NCBI GenBank assembly: GCA_951406725.2
Contig: OX597828.1
Coordinates: 66,092,001-66,156,000, forward strand
Length of the DNA: 64,000 nucleotides
Origin: Octopus vulgaris
Taxonomy: Eukaryota
Direction of reading: 5' to 3'
The position numbers were made by a program, and so were the translations under genes. Within the stretch, counting starts at the first letter, position 1. Every line of letters begins with the position of its first letter. The notes below the pieces were generated by a model. The model had not been told where the DNA came from. It worked only from the letters and a program-made list of their open reading frames with translations, and made no database searches. This document shows positions 25,135 through 38,870 of the stretch, one piece after another.

Positions 25135-26035
25135 AGAGGAAAACATTGATCAGGTTCACCACATGCTGATGGATGACAGGCAATCGACTATAAATCAAAT
25201 AGTCAATGTTATTAGCATATCCCATATATTCTACACAATGAACTTGTCATGATGGAAGTTTCCGCTTGGTGAATGCCATGTCTTCTGACACCTGATCAAA
25301 AGTGCACCAGGCTGATCGCATCATGGCAAAACCTGACATTGTTTGAAGCAGATCAGCTGATTTCTTTGAAAGTTTCTGAACCCAGGATGAGTGTTGGCTT
25401 CATCACTCTGAGCCACAGACAAAGCGACAGTCCATGCAGTGGAAACACCCCTCTTCATTTGCTCCAAAGAAGACTATCTGTAAGGAAGGTGATGGCCTCA
25501 GTTTTTTTGGGGATGCAAAAGGCAATGTGCTCATTGATTATCTTCAAAAGAGTCAGACCATCAATGGAGAGTACAATGCCAACTTGCAAAGGTAGTTATG
25601 AAAGGCTATCAAATCCAAACACCTAGGAAAACTGATGAAAGGGGTCTTGTTTCATCAGGGCCATGCTCCATGCTCCAGCACACATGTCCTTCATTTCAAT
25701 GGCTGTTGTATGTGACTATGGTTTTGAACTGGCTGATCACTCACCCTGTTCTCCTGATATGGCCCCCATCTACCTATCATTTGTTCCCCAACATGATAAC
25801 AATGTGGCTGAGAATCAGTATTGCACTGATGATGACATTATATCTGATGTTAATATGACCAACAGGATGAAAGCAACTTTTTTGACCAACAGGATGAAAG
25901 CTTCTTCACCAATGGGATCCAAGCACAGCAACACTGATGGAAGAAGTGTGTGGACTGCAAAGGGGACTATGTTGAAAAATAAATCTCATTTGGTCACATT
26001 CCATGAGGTCAGCCTGTGAACATTTCAGCCAACAC
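25135..26035 (+). pseudogene. mariner (DD34D-type) transposase relic
   Basis: Fragments across frames: MPCLLTPDQKCTR (WVPRLL-like), DECWLHHSEPQTKRQSMQW, KVMASVF, HSPCSPDMAP (HPPYSPDLAP-like); many frameshifts. A reverse-complement end fragment lies at 63715-63815. Confidence 0.85.
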
Positions 26036-29000
26036 TCAGAGCACCATGTAGCAAATGGAGACTAACCCATTCAATGTGTTTTAATCCTAACCTGAAGTAA
26101 ATAAGTTAATAGTCCAAAAGTATTAGTTGATTAGTAAATCCAATTGATAATTAAAATCTGTCATGCCACCATTATTAGATGTCATCTTTTTATATATTGC
26201 TGGGTCTTATGGTATTTCTTGCCATACCTAACAGATAGGCATTTGTGATTGTATGTATATAGGAGAGAGAGGGAGAATTGTGTGTGTGAGAGAGAGAGTG
26301 TGTGTGTATGCATGTATAAGAAAGAGAGAGAGAAAGAAAATGAAAGGTGTGTGTGTGAAAGAGACAGAGAGAGAGAGAATCATACAATGGTTTGCCTTTC
26401 AAATCTTTCATTTTAGTTCACAATTTTGAACCTTTTATGCAGATAACACAACCCTTCCTAATTTAAGCTTCAGCATAAAGTCAGGTTTGGAAAAGTGGTA
26501 TGAATGATGGAACAGATTGAGAAGATGTGTGCTGTTTACAAAAGGTAAGATGGAGAGGTGGTTCAGCCAGATTCCTTATGGGTAGGGAACACAAAGGCAA
26601 ATTCTTGTCATTGAGTAAATTCTTGTCAATGCAATGGGTGGAAAGACAAATGAGACAGTGAGAGGGTATGACAGAATATATAAGCTTAGATAAGAGATAG
26701 TTTGGGCCTGTGCATGGACAGGGTACCACCAATACCCTTTTCTAAGTGAAAAGTTCTTAGTTAAAAGTAAGTTACTATAAAGCCATTCACACAGTATCAC
26801 ATTCTAATGTCTAAAAAACTCAGTGTAAATGAATGGCATATGACAGCTATGCAAGCCAGTTAGCAACTACTTAAGGAAGAAATTAAGCATACAGATAAGA
26901 GTTCTAAGACCCTTCCTGTTTATCATAGTTTTTTCAGGCCATAACAGATGAGTTTAAGACAGGCTATCTACAGGTGCTACTGTATGCAAAACTGAATTTA
27001 TGAAAGAACTAGAGAAGTAAGGATCAACAGGCTTTAACATTTTAACCAGCAATATCTGGCCTACAAATTCTACCTGTTTTATATTCAAACCAGTCAGATT
27101 TGGCTTCTCACACCTATTCTACAATGTCATTCTAAAAATAAACAATTACATTATCAAAATCTCAAAGCTATGAGATGATGCATAATTAATTCAAAACAAT
27201 GTTAAGTGGTTGGCATTAGAAAGGGCATCCAGCCATAGAAACCATGCCACAACAGACAGTTGGAGTTTGGACAGCTCCTTGTTAGCCAGTTCCATGTCAA
27301 ACTGCATGGAGAGCAGACGTTGAATGATGATGGTGATCATGATGATAAATGTGAATGAACAAGCATTACATTGGACAGAGTCATCTGAATGCTGAAGAGT
27401 TAAAGTGAACCTCATAAAGACAACAGTTTTAGAGAGTAAGAAAGAAGATAAAACTGTACTGCCATTGAGTGGTCATGGTCAATGTGCTGAAAGGGAGCAG
27501 ATAGTAACTCTGTACTGCATACCAAAGGTTCAGTAAGGTCACAGGTAAGCTGACAAATGTAAAGGACTTTGTATGAAGTAGACATTCAAGAGTAGATAGT
27601 AAAAGAAGCACGAATGAGTAAATGCATGGAAATCTAGCAAGAAATAGTTGATATCTTTCATTATCAAGATGAACTAATTAGCAGTGGAGACAAGTATTTC
27701 AAAAAATACTGTAATCAGAGTAAGAACAAAGTGAAGGAAGTTATTATGTCAGTTGGCCTCTAGGGGGGGGGGAATTGGTTCTCTCTCTAACTAAAGGAGA
27801 AATTGCATGATGCTTGTGCACAAAGTATAATCATCATCATCATCATCGTTTAACGTCTGCTTTCCATGCTAGCATGGGTTGGATGGTTCGACCAGGGTCT
27901 GGGAAACCAGAAGACTGCACCAGGCCCAGTCTGATCTGGCAGTGTTTCTACAGCTGGATGCCCTTCCTAATGCCTACCACTCTGTGAGTGTAGTGGGTGC
28001 TTTTCACGTGCCAGGCGAGGCTGGTAATGGCCACGATTGGTTGGTGCTTTTTACATGCCACCGGCATGGAAGCCAGTCATGGTGGCACTGGCATCAGCCA
28101 CGTTTGGATGGTGCTTTTTACATGCCACGGGCACAGGGATCACAACTACAATTTCCATTGATTTTTGACGTTGATGTATGGTGGAGGGGGTGGGGTGGAA
28201 TCAGTAGAGCATCAAACTATCAGATGAGGTTAACTTGGTCTTTCATCTTTTTAGCTTTAATCAAATGAGTAATTATTCAATAATCAACCATATTTCACCC
28301 CAAACAAAATATAAAGCTATTACGCCTGTGTTAAAATCATCATAAATATTATTAACGCTACTGTTCCTCAAACCAATTCCCATTCAGTGTGATCATTATT
28401 ACTGCTTTTATTTGTGTTAGGAGGTTTTAATAAAACCTAAACAGTGAGAACAGAAAGCTTCACACTTCATTTCATTAACAAGATATATATATAATAATAA
28501 AAAAAAAAAGCAAGCTTTAACAAATTTGCAATTTACTTACACACACCTGAGCTCTTACAGCTATGTTTTATAGAGCAGAAATAATGATATAATATGAATT
28601 TATTATTCAGATAAACGGTCACACTAATGATGAATGTAAAATATCTTATCTAGTAAACACTTGTGGGTAGGGGAGGAGACATGTCTCCTAATTTAATGCA
28701 ATCTTGGGAACCTTTAGCAAATTTCACTCTGTTGCAAACATTTGGACAAAGGCTCTAGCAGGAGATTATCGTAATAAAGATTTCATGGTGCACTGACGTC
28801 CTGTACAGTTCTCTAAATGCCAAGAAGTAAAACACTCGCCAGACAGCTTTTCCTTTCTCTTCTCTAATATCCAACCCAGCCCCAACACATCACCCCTAGA
28901 ATCAACGTGACTTCTGCTCCTCCTCCGCCTCTACAGTCTCCGCCTTCTCCTGTCTCACTGCATTCACTCATGATCCTGCCCACCTCTCACCCACTATGCT

Positions 29001-30169
29001 TTCTCTACATTCACACATAGCTCTTTTCGACTTACCTTCATGGTACACTTTAACCTCTTCACCTCAATGCTCTCCTTGCATCCATCTATTACTCCCAAAC
29101 CTTCTACCATGTTTTCTCTCTCACAACTCCTTCACTATCTTGAAAACCCTCTTACCTCTCCATCTCTAACTGACCCCAGCATCTCTCTTTCCATCAGTGA
29201 CTCCCCAACCGATTCATCTCTTTCAGGTTCCATTTCCTTATACCTTCTGTCCATACTTATAATGTAGGATAAACTGGGACACACTTTGTGCAATCCACAT
29301 TATTAATCCCCTTCTCTTTTCTCAGCCTCTTCTACACTTCCTCGACCAATACTATTACACTCTCTGCTACCACACTAACAACTATATATCATACTATAAC
29401 TGTATAGACATTGCATGTCCGTGTCGGTGGCACGTAAAAAGCACCAACTGATAGTGGCACGTAAAAAGCACCCACTACACTCACGGAGTGGTTGGCATCC
29501 AGCTGTAGGGCATCCAGCTGTAGAAACACTGCCAAACCAGACTGGAGCCTGGTGCAGCTTCCTGGTTTCCCAGACCCCGGTCGAACCGTCCAACCCATGC
29601 TAGCATGGAAAACGGACGTTAAATGATGATGATATTAGGTATCACTATGAATTTTTGGAAATATTTAAATGAAATTTCTATTGCACTTTTTCTTGGAGAG
29701 CATCCAAAAAAAAAAAAAAGAGAAAAGAAAAGAAACATTTTGATACCTCATTTGTGAAATTTGGATAAATATGACAATTTGATTGGTCAGCAAATTGCTA
29801 GCAGGGGTTAGACAGTTCGACTGGGGTCTGGGAAGCCAGGAGGCTGCACCAGGCCCAGTCTGATCAGGCAGTGTTTCTACAGCTGGATGCCCTTCCTATT
29901 GCCAACCACTCTGTGAGTGTAGTGGGTGCTTTTTACGTGCCAGGTGAGGCTGGCAACAGGCAATCCTATTTCAATAAAATTTTAATGGACTATTAGAAAT
30001 GGCTATAAGTGATAGAGCATTGGATCAGGATGCCCACAGAAGTTGGATTTTCTGTTTGATGGGGATTTTTCCAATCTTTTTTTTTTTTTCATCACAATCT
30101 TGGAAATTATGAAAAAGAAATTTTTGAAAATTTATGATTACTAATTGCATCTTTGCACAGCCCTTACAA

Positions 30170-30600
30170 ATCATTCATCTACAGTTTCCTCAACAAATTA
30201 CTAAATGTGATACTCAAACATTTTCTCCAGATCAATGAAAGCCAGGAATAATGGTTTATTATTAGCTAGGTATTTTTCTTGCATTTCTCTCACAAGGAAG
30301 ATTGCATCTCATCCAGGTCCACTATGTCATGAATTAATTGTGCTACCCTTCTCTCTGTGACCTTCATAACCTGATCTAGTAGTTTGATCCATCTGTATTT
30401 GTTTCTTTCTAAATCATTTCCTTTGCCTCTACAGTCGTTTACAATGATACTGCCACACCAGTCACTGGGTATAACACCTTGTGTAGTTAAGTTAACTATC
30501 CTGGAATAACTGCACATCCTACTAAACCAGATATTTTGAGCATCTCTGCAACTATCCCTGATAGGCCTGCAGCTTTCCCTTCCCTTGACTGCTTTATCTT
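30170..30600 (-). mobile_element. RTE LINE reverse transcriptase fragment
   Basis: VIPSDWCGSIIVN..GKGNDLERNKYRWIKLLDQVMKVTERRVAQLIHDIVDLDEMQ matches the RTE RT domain 0-2 pattern (IP.DW..S.I....KGKG.....NYRGI.LL...MK..ER). Confidence 0.85.
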
Positions 30601-32235
30601 ATCATGCTGCTTTTAAGCACTGGATGATGAAGTGACAATAAAGGGTAGCTGTGGTAAAGGAAGGCTTGGGAAGAAACAGTAGGATCAGTGCTCAGTTAGA
30701 TTGGCTTTATATGCAAGATGGCAACAGACTGCGGACATGTAGTAAATGTCCCCCATCCCACAGCTGAGAAGAGGAAGGAAGAACATTAATTTCTTGATGA
30801 TAATGATCATTGATATGATCAAATAAAGGTAATTCTACATAGTCATTCACCTTGCTAGAAATAAGAGCCAAGTCCTTCTCAAATCATACTTTCCCATCTT
30901 AAAAGAAATAAAGGAGTCATTATATAATATAATCTTTGATACATCATCATCATTGTTTAACGTCCACTTTCCATGCTAGCATGGGTTGGATGATTTGACT
31001 GAGGACTGGTGAACCAGATGGCTGCACCAGGCTCCAATCTTGATCTGGCGGAGTTTCTACAGTTTGATGCCCTTCCTAACGCCAACCACTCCCTGAGTGT
31101 AGTGGGTGCTTTTACGTGCCACCGGCATGGGGGCCAGTCAGGTGGTACTGGCAACGACCACACTCAAATGGTGTTTTTGGTATTTTTTGGTGATTTCTAA
31201 AAATCTAATAGAGTGGTCAGTAGCTACCTCAGCTAAGACTGACCTGGGACTAAACAACATCAACATTACCAGTAACAATCACTAACTACTTTTACCACTA
31301 CAAGCAACCACTGCTACTACAACTGACCCCCATCCATCTACATGGCATCAGTCATTCTCACCTAACTGCACATTTGCTTATGTTCCTATCTTCCCCTCGT
31401 CCTTACCACTAAACCCCACCATACACATATAGATCCATTAACTTCCTCAATCAACTCTCACATTACACCTCAGTTCCATTCCATATTCTTCCAACTAAAG
31501 CTCTCATTTTCTCTCACTCGCTCACAAATTCCCTACCATTAGGTCAGCAAACCTAACGCCATTCCTGCCAAACACTTGTCTTTTTTTAAATCATGGAAAT
31601 GATATGATATGCACTCAGTGACACGAAGAGTGGAGTGGCAAGAATGAAGACACTTGAACTATTTCAAATATTTCCTTCTCTTGACTGGTATATACAGAAA
31701 TCTCTCTCTCACACACACACACACACACGTAACATCATCATCATCTAATGTTCTCTTTTCCATGCTGGTATGGACTGGATGGTTTGACACAAACTGATGA
31801 GCCAGAGATACTGTGCCAAGCTTCAATGTCTGCTTTATATACATACATATATAAGTGTGTGAGTGTTTGTGTGTATATACAAATATATATATATATATAT
31901 ATATATATCATCATCATCATTTAACGCCCATTTTCCATGCTGGCATGGGTTGGATGATTTGACTAGGGACTGGTAAGCCAGTAGGCTGCGCCAGGCTCCA
32001 ATGTGATCTGGCAAGGTTTCTACACCTGGATGCCCTTCGTGACACCAACCACTCTGAGAGTGTAGTGGGTGCTTTTTACGCGCCACTGGCATGGGAGCTA
32101 GTCAGGTGTCACTGGCATTGACCACATTCAGACAGTGCTTTTTATGTGCCACTGGCGCAGGAGCAAGTCAGAGGCTGGCATCAACCATGTTCAGGTGGTG
32201 CTTTTTACGTACCACCGACACATAGATATAAAATC

Positions 32236-32278
<43 letters not shown>

Positions 32279-32320
32279 TGAAAATGTTAACAGATTAATG
32301 GACTTACACCCAGCTCTGTA

Positions 32321-32364
<44 letters not shown>

Positions 32365-33001
32365 TCAAATTTACTCTGCAAGATCAGCTAAAATTACATA
32401 ACTATAAACTATCGGTATATAAAGCACCCACTGACAAAATTTCAAACCTGTATGTAAAAAAATTTACAAAGTTACAAGCAAATTTTGTGGACACTCCTTT
32501 TGAACCTGAATAATTCAAAACAATGTGAACAAATAAGCATTACATTTCACAGATTAATATGAACACTAAAGATGTTTTAGGTGGGGCTTTTTCTTACACA
32601 CACACACACACTTAACATGGCTTCACTTGGTTGGGACTACATGTGTGTTACTTTGACATCATCATTCCATAAAATTTGTTTATGGGGAGAAAAATATTGA
32701 AAAATATCAATAGATGTGTAAATGAAAAAGAAACGAGGAGGGAGGTTTGGGGATGTGCTAGAAACAACAGCCAGATCTCTCTTAAATCACATTTTCCTCT
32801 GAAATTATTAACAAATTTTTTAAAAACCAAAAATGCTTCACTCAAGTTTAAATTTTTGTTGATATTTTGAAAATAACACATTGTATAAACGTGAAACTTG
32901 GTCCACTGAAAGATCCTAGGTAGGTACATATGCAGTGAACATTTCAATCACATTGATAAGCTACATACAAAGTTAAGTTGAGTTATCGCAGATGTACGAA
33001 A

Positions 33002-33978
33002 ATGCCCCTGAAACAATGTCTGACAGCTAAAGGGAAGACACAGATTGTTGCAAATCTCACAGAAGGCTTTATGTGGGAGAATTAGCCCAAGAGCTTGGTC
33101 AGGATACAAGAACATTGAAAGCGTATGTAGAAAACCCCATCACCAAACCAAGGCAAGATAAAGGTATGAGAAGACGTGCATACCAACGTGACATCTGAAA
33201 AATAGGTAGATAAGTAAGAAAAGACCTCGGTAGTACAAATGCTGCCATATTTGAAAGTGCTGGGGTTGCTCCTTTGTCCAGATACACCCAGTGTAGGAGG
33301 ATCCTTAAAGAGACAGCCAAAAGTGCTAAGTGCATCGCGAGACCCATCCTAAGCAAGAACCACAAAGAGAAGCGTATTGATTGGGCAGAGAAGTACATGA
33401 AGATCAATTTCCAAGATGTCCTCTTCACGAATGAGGCCAGAGCTATGCTGGATAGTTCTGATGGATGCGCCAAAGTATGAGTACCTCTTGGAGCCTCTTG
33501 CCTGCATCATCAACAAGGAGGTGATGATGTCATGTTTTGGGTGGGAAGCATAGGAAATGAACTTGTCAGGCCTTTCCAAGTGCCAGGTGTCAGACTCACC
33601 AGCAACTCCTACACCGTGTTTCTGGGGAAGCATTTTGCAGCATGGTTAGATGATCTGCCACTCTTACGTCGATGGCAATTGATTTTTATGCATGACAATG
33701 CTTCTTCGCATTCAGCCAAGGGTACCATTTCATACCTCGCAACTCTGGGAATCACAGGCCAATCACTCATGACTTGGCCTCCCTGTTCTCCTGGCCTAAA
33801 CCCTATCGAACAGCTCTGGTCGATCTTCAAGAGGAAAGTGTATGAAGGAGGTACCCAGTTTTCATCAAGGAAGCTCTGTGGGGAAAGATGAAAACAGTTG
33901 CTGATACCATAACATCTCAGATTAGTTGGCTAACAGCTTCTATGGACAAAAGACTGTTTGATATCATTTCTAAACAAG
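33002..33978 (+). pseudogene. Tc1-like transposase relic with D-37-E spacing (TRT-like)
   Basis: RPILSKNHKEKRIDWAEKYMK..FQDVLFTNEARAMLDSSDG; GGDDVMFW; IFMHDNASSH...WPPCSPGLNPIEQLWSIFKRKVY; stops and frameshifts; TIRs not found. Confidence 0.9.
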
Positions 33979-34139
33979 GAAGTTACATAGACAAATAAAG
34001 TACAGCACCAACAAATGAACTCTGTTTGTTTCATATCTTTTGCTGCTATTCTTCAGTAGCATGTTTCATTATTACAATAAAATGGTAATATAACGATAAT
34101 ACTTTGTTTCATTACCTTAAATTGATATTTTTGTACACC

Positions 34140-34310
34140 TGCAATAGAGACTAATAGACTCTGGTTTCTTATATCAGGGCCAGCACTCCATTTGTAGATT
34201 CTGCTTAAAAGAAGCCCTCAAAATTTTAACCAATAACTCACCACAATTGCTTAATAAACACAACGAAGCCTTCACAACGTGTAAACAAATTCTTCCGCAC
34301 CTTTAAACTC
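34140..34310 (+). mobile_element. Penelope-like element remnant (C-terminus)
   Basis: Reads ICRFCLKEALKI...LLNKHNEAFTTCK, resembling the Penelope C-terminal C..C..E...LLNK..E....C motif. Confidence 0.5.
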
Positions 34311-36312
34311 TTTCATAAATCTAAATCTAAGTTCACCCCCTATGAATAACACCCACATACAAACCTTCATGATCATTAACATATGCGTTAATGATCATGG
34401 AGGTTTTGTTTCTTCGTGTCCTATTTGGTAGTCTTATCATTTTATGACTCTATTTAATAATATATCTTTATCAATGCAAGAATAATATCTGCTCATTATA
34501 TACTTATCTGATTTAAACATTTTTTTTATCTTTGACTCTTATATATGTATTTTATTTATGATTAATAATAAGTGGGTTCATTACCTATAAAAAGGAACTG
34601 TACTCCATTCCTAGTCATTCTAAAACCATATCTCCTGTATGCAACCAGCTAAAGGCAAATGATGAAATATATTATAATCGAACAAAGTGAAACCAAGATT
34701 AATAAGCAAGGTGCTTTTTGAAAAGTCACCTGACAAGACACTTCTGCACCAAACGATGCACCACAGCCAGTTGTTCAGAATCTCACCCATGAGGGACTGA
34801 TGCATGATGGGTCAAAATGATCATAGTGATTAATAAGGAATCTCGTGAATTCAATTTTCTCTTTCTCTCATTTGCTTGTCAATCGATCTATATATCAATA
34901 TATATGCATTCATTATATCCTCAGTATGGTTGGTGTTAGGAAGGGCAGCCAGCCATAGAAATCATGTCAAATCAGACTGGAGTCTGGTGCAACCACTCAG
35001 CTTATCAGCCCTGGTCAAACCATCCAACCCATGCTAGCATGGACAATGGACATTAAAAGATGATGATAATATAAATATATATACATTTACTAGAGTTCCG
35101 ATCCCTGTGCCGGTGGCATGTAAAAAGCACCATCCAAACATGGCTGATGCCAGCGCCGCCTTGACTGGTTTCCGTATCAGTGGCACATAAAAAGAACCCA
35201 CTACAGCCACGGAGTGGTTGGCAATAGGAAGGGCATCCACTGCCTGGTGCAGCCTCCTGGCTTCCCAGACCCCGGTCGAACCGTCCAACCCATGCTAGCA
35301 TGGAAAGCAGATATTAAACGATGATGATGATGATGAGAGTGTTACCCACCATGAGTAATATCAAGAAATATAGCATAATTATGATTTTTACCTTTTATCA
35401 AATTTATGGTTGCTTACGCAAAATGATGAAACGAATACTTATTTTCAAACAAAAAGATATCTTTTACTTCAAAGTAAAATTAAATACAAAAAGTTGCTCA
35501 TTTATGTGACTCCTTCCAATAACGACTCATTTACTCCTCCTCCTCCGTCTATGATTCTTTCTCATTGTGTTCCTTTGTTAATTGCCTGCCACTAAGCTTT
35601 GTATGTGCACTCTTCCTACACCTCTTGTGCTAACTTTCTTTCTATCTCTTTTACTTTCTCTCAATATGATATAAAGCAGGATGAGAGAAATAAAACTAAC
35701 CAACCAATATTTACATCAGCTTTTCTCCCTCTCATAACTCATTTGTATTTCAATTCAATTCAATTTTTATTGGCTCAAAAAGCAAAAGCAAGGCCATGTA
35801 GGAGGACAGGGAGGGTGGTCATACAAAGAGTTCAGGCCATTTCTGGTCAAGAGAGACTTTGAACCGAGCGGTCGTCGGCATCTTCACTATCTCGTCCGGC
35901 AGCTTATTGTACGCAATAATATATTGGTTTTCTCCTGGAATGAGTGGTAAAAAGCTTGCTTCCCTACCACATGGCTCCAGGTTCAGTTCCACTGTGTAAT
36001 ACCTGGAGCAAGTGTCTTTTACTATAGTCTCAGGCCAACCAAAGCCTCGTGAGTGGATTTGGTAAATGGAAACTGAAAGAAGCCTGTTGTGTATCTATGT
36101 GTGTGCATATGGCTTTATATCAAAGTTTGTCTCCCACCACCACTCGACAACCAGTGTTGGTTTGTTTACATCCCCATAACTTAGCAGTTCGTCAAAAGAA
36201 ACTGAGAGAATAAGTACCAGGCTTAACAAAAATAAGTACTGAGATCAATTAGTTTGACTAAAAGTTTCTCAAAGTAGTACCCCAGCATGGCCACTGTCTA
36301 AATACTGAAACA

Positions 36313-36352
<40 letters not shown>

Positions 36353-36954
36353 TAGTGTTGTATTGTCTTAAGTGCAAACCCTCAAGCATTATCTTGTAAC
36401 TCTAAGTCTTTTTTTTAATAATAATCTCTCAGAGATTGACTTACTCCCATCACTATTTTTACATCCCCTATCTTACTTCCTCTGTATTTTCATAGTGAAG
36501 TATCTATAGGTATGGGAGATATATGGATACCCTATTTGGAAAAAAAAGGGAGTAGAGGAGAGAGAAATGGTGGTGAAAATATGTCAGGGCCTAGCTTCAA
36601 GTTACAAGGAGATGAATATAAGTGAAGTGGTAGAGAGGATTGGACAGGGTGAGTGGGTAGGTAAGTAAGCTCACAAGAGCTGAAAGGAGAATGGCAGATG
36701 GATAAAGATGGGGATAGAGGGGAATACATGAATACCAAATGGCAATTAAGACCGACTCCCTTTAAGGAAGGGAGATAATCTCAAGATTCAAGAATTTCTC
36801 AAAGTTGACATGCAAGTAAAGAAAAGGACGGGCTTCTTGTCCACAGAAAAAAAGGACAGTTGTGGACACGTGTTTCTGGTTCTGTAGTTATCACCTGCAT
36901 AACAATTGTCTGATATTACCTTCAGTAACCAAGAGACTTAGGCTTATATAAGGC

Positions 36955-37229
36955 TTTCACACTAAGAGTTGCTGAAGCATGGAACAAACTGCCGGCATCA
37001 GTTGTTAGTTGTCGGAGCACTGCATCCTTCAAAACTTCCATGCTTCCTGAGATTTGCCAACACTACACTTGATTCACCCCCTCCATACACACGCAAGCAT
37101 GTATCTGACTCATACACTGTTCGCTTTCCAGACATTTGTACATTACTGCATATGCTTTATATGCACTTTTTGACAAGTTGTGGTGCACCTGAGCACTGTA
37201 TACAATAATTTCATTATTATTATTATTAT
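36955..37229 (+). mobile_element. CR1-type LINE 3' end (family 2) with (ATT)n tail
   Basis: FTLRVAEAWNKLPASVVSCRSTASFK...stop, then 3' UTR and tail; near-identical copies at 38500-38870 (-), 47950-48295 (+) and 51684-52029 (+). Confidence 0.85.
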
Positions 37230-37707
37230 AAAAAATTGTAGAACACACTTATGAGCTAGATTATTTTCATAAATTAAACAAAAATCAGTTAAGGGAAATG
37301 ATTCAGAGTTGCCAGTGGCGTAGAGAAATGATGGACTCTGGCCATTGAAAATGATGGATGAGTGTCCAGCTTTTGCCAAATAACCTGCACAAATGATTTG
37401 TTTCGCACATCAGCTCACTCTCTCTCTCCATCAAATCAACATTGTCTGAACAGGTGCACTGTGTACCACATGTCAGGTGTTAAAGGGATCGCAGAGCAAC
37501 ACCACATGGTGTTTTGCTCAAGAACACAATGCACCACCTGGTCTAGGAATTGAAACCACAATCTCGCAATTGTGAGTACAACACTCTCACAACTATCCTT
37601 GCGTCCTCACACACACAGTGAAACACTGGCAATGAAATACCATACAACATAAATCCTCGAGTTATAAACTTATCTCTATCTCTAGAGGATACATTATAAT
37701 TACAAAA

Positions 37708-38071
37708 TCTCTATACATATAAACGGCAAAATGTCTGTGTGTGTGTCCTTTATACAAATCCACAATTTTTCAGTTAGAGGGCTCACACTTTCTATGGTCA
37801 TTCAAAAGCATTCAAGGGTGGTCGTGCACATCTTTACATTTCCCCAGTCACCCACCAAAGCCATTAAAAAATCAATAGAAGTGACTTTTTTGTGAATTTT
37901 CTATCCAAAACCCAATCAAAATGCCCGAAACTTGATACGCCAATTGAATGCCAGCTAGCTGTATGTGATTGGTTGGAGATTTGGACAGTACTTGCGTGTA
38001 TGTGCGCACGCACGCAGTTGTATATGCATGCACTAGCACTATGACCCGGCATTGCTGGGTCATAGTGCTAG
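37708..38071 (+). mobile_element. non-autonomous Helitron
   Basis: Inserted between A and T; 5' TCTCTATACATATAAAC; subterminal hairpin gacccggcattgctgggtc; 3' CTAG. Confidence 0.75.
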
Positions 38072-38499
38072 TGGCAGTTAAAACCAACTCCATTCAAGAA
38101 AGGAAGATAATCTCAAGATTCAAGAATTTTTTTCAAAAATTGACATGCCATTAAGAAAAGAGAGGGGTTTTATTTTCATTATTTGATTTGCTAAATGATG
38201 AAACCAGGCCAAATCAGCTTGGAACCTGGTGCAGCTCTCCAGCTTGCCAGTTTCAGTCAAATTGTTTAACCCATGCCAGCATGGAAAGCAGACGTTAAAT
38301 GATGATGATTATTGTGATGACATTTACAAAAGAATTCTTGATGAATTTAATCAGCATCTACCTGACTTATTTAAAACCATGCTACTGACCAACTTGAATC
38401 ACTTCCTATACATACACATGTAGATACAATATATATATATCTGGCACTCCGTCGGTTATGACAACGAGGGTTCCAGTTGATCCAATCAACAGAATATAT

Positions 38500-38870
38500 A
38501 ATAATAATAATGAAATTATTGTATACAGTGCTCAGGTGCACCACAACTTGTCAAAAAGTGCATATAAAGCATATGCAGTAATGTACAAATGTCTGGGAAG
38601 TGAACAGTGTATGAGTCAGATACATACTTGCGTGTGTATGGAGGGGGTGAATCAAGTGTAGTGTTGGCGAATCTCAGGAAGGATGGAAGTTTTGAAGGAC
38701 ACAGTGCTCCGACAACTAACAACTGATGCCAGCAGTCTGTTCCATGCTTCAGCAACTCTTAGCGTGAAAATATGTTTCTGAAAGTCATGGGAGCTGTGCT
38801 GTTTTCTGACTTTGTAAACATGTCCACGGGTGTTAGACAGGTGGAATTTGAAAAGGTGCTCAGAGTTATT
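38500..38870 (-). mobile_element. CR1-type LINE 3' end (family 2), inserted in a SINE
   Basis: Reverse complement of 36955-37229; SINE-like sequence on both sides (38441-38492 and 38872-39125). Confidence 0.8.

Noticed and set aside
24716-25225. Several YIYI/VCVC-rich ORFs (also at 844-1066, 58585-58871 and 62363-62601)
   Set aside because: Translations of microsatellites.
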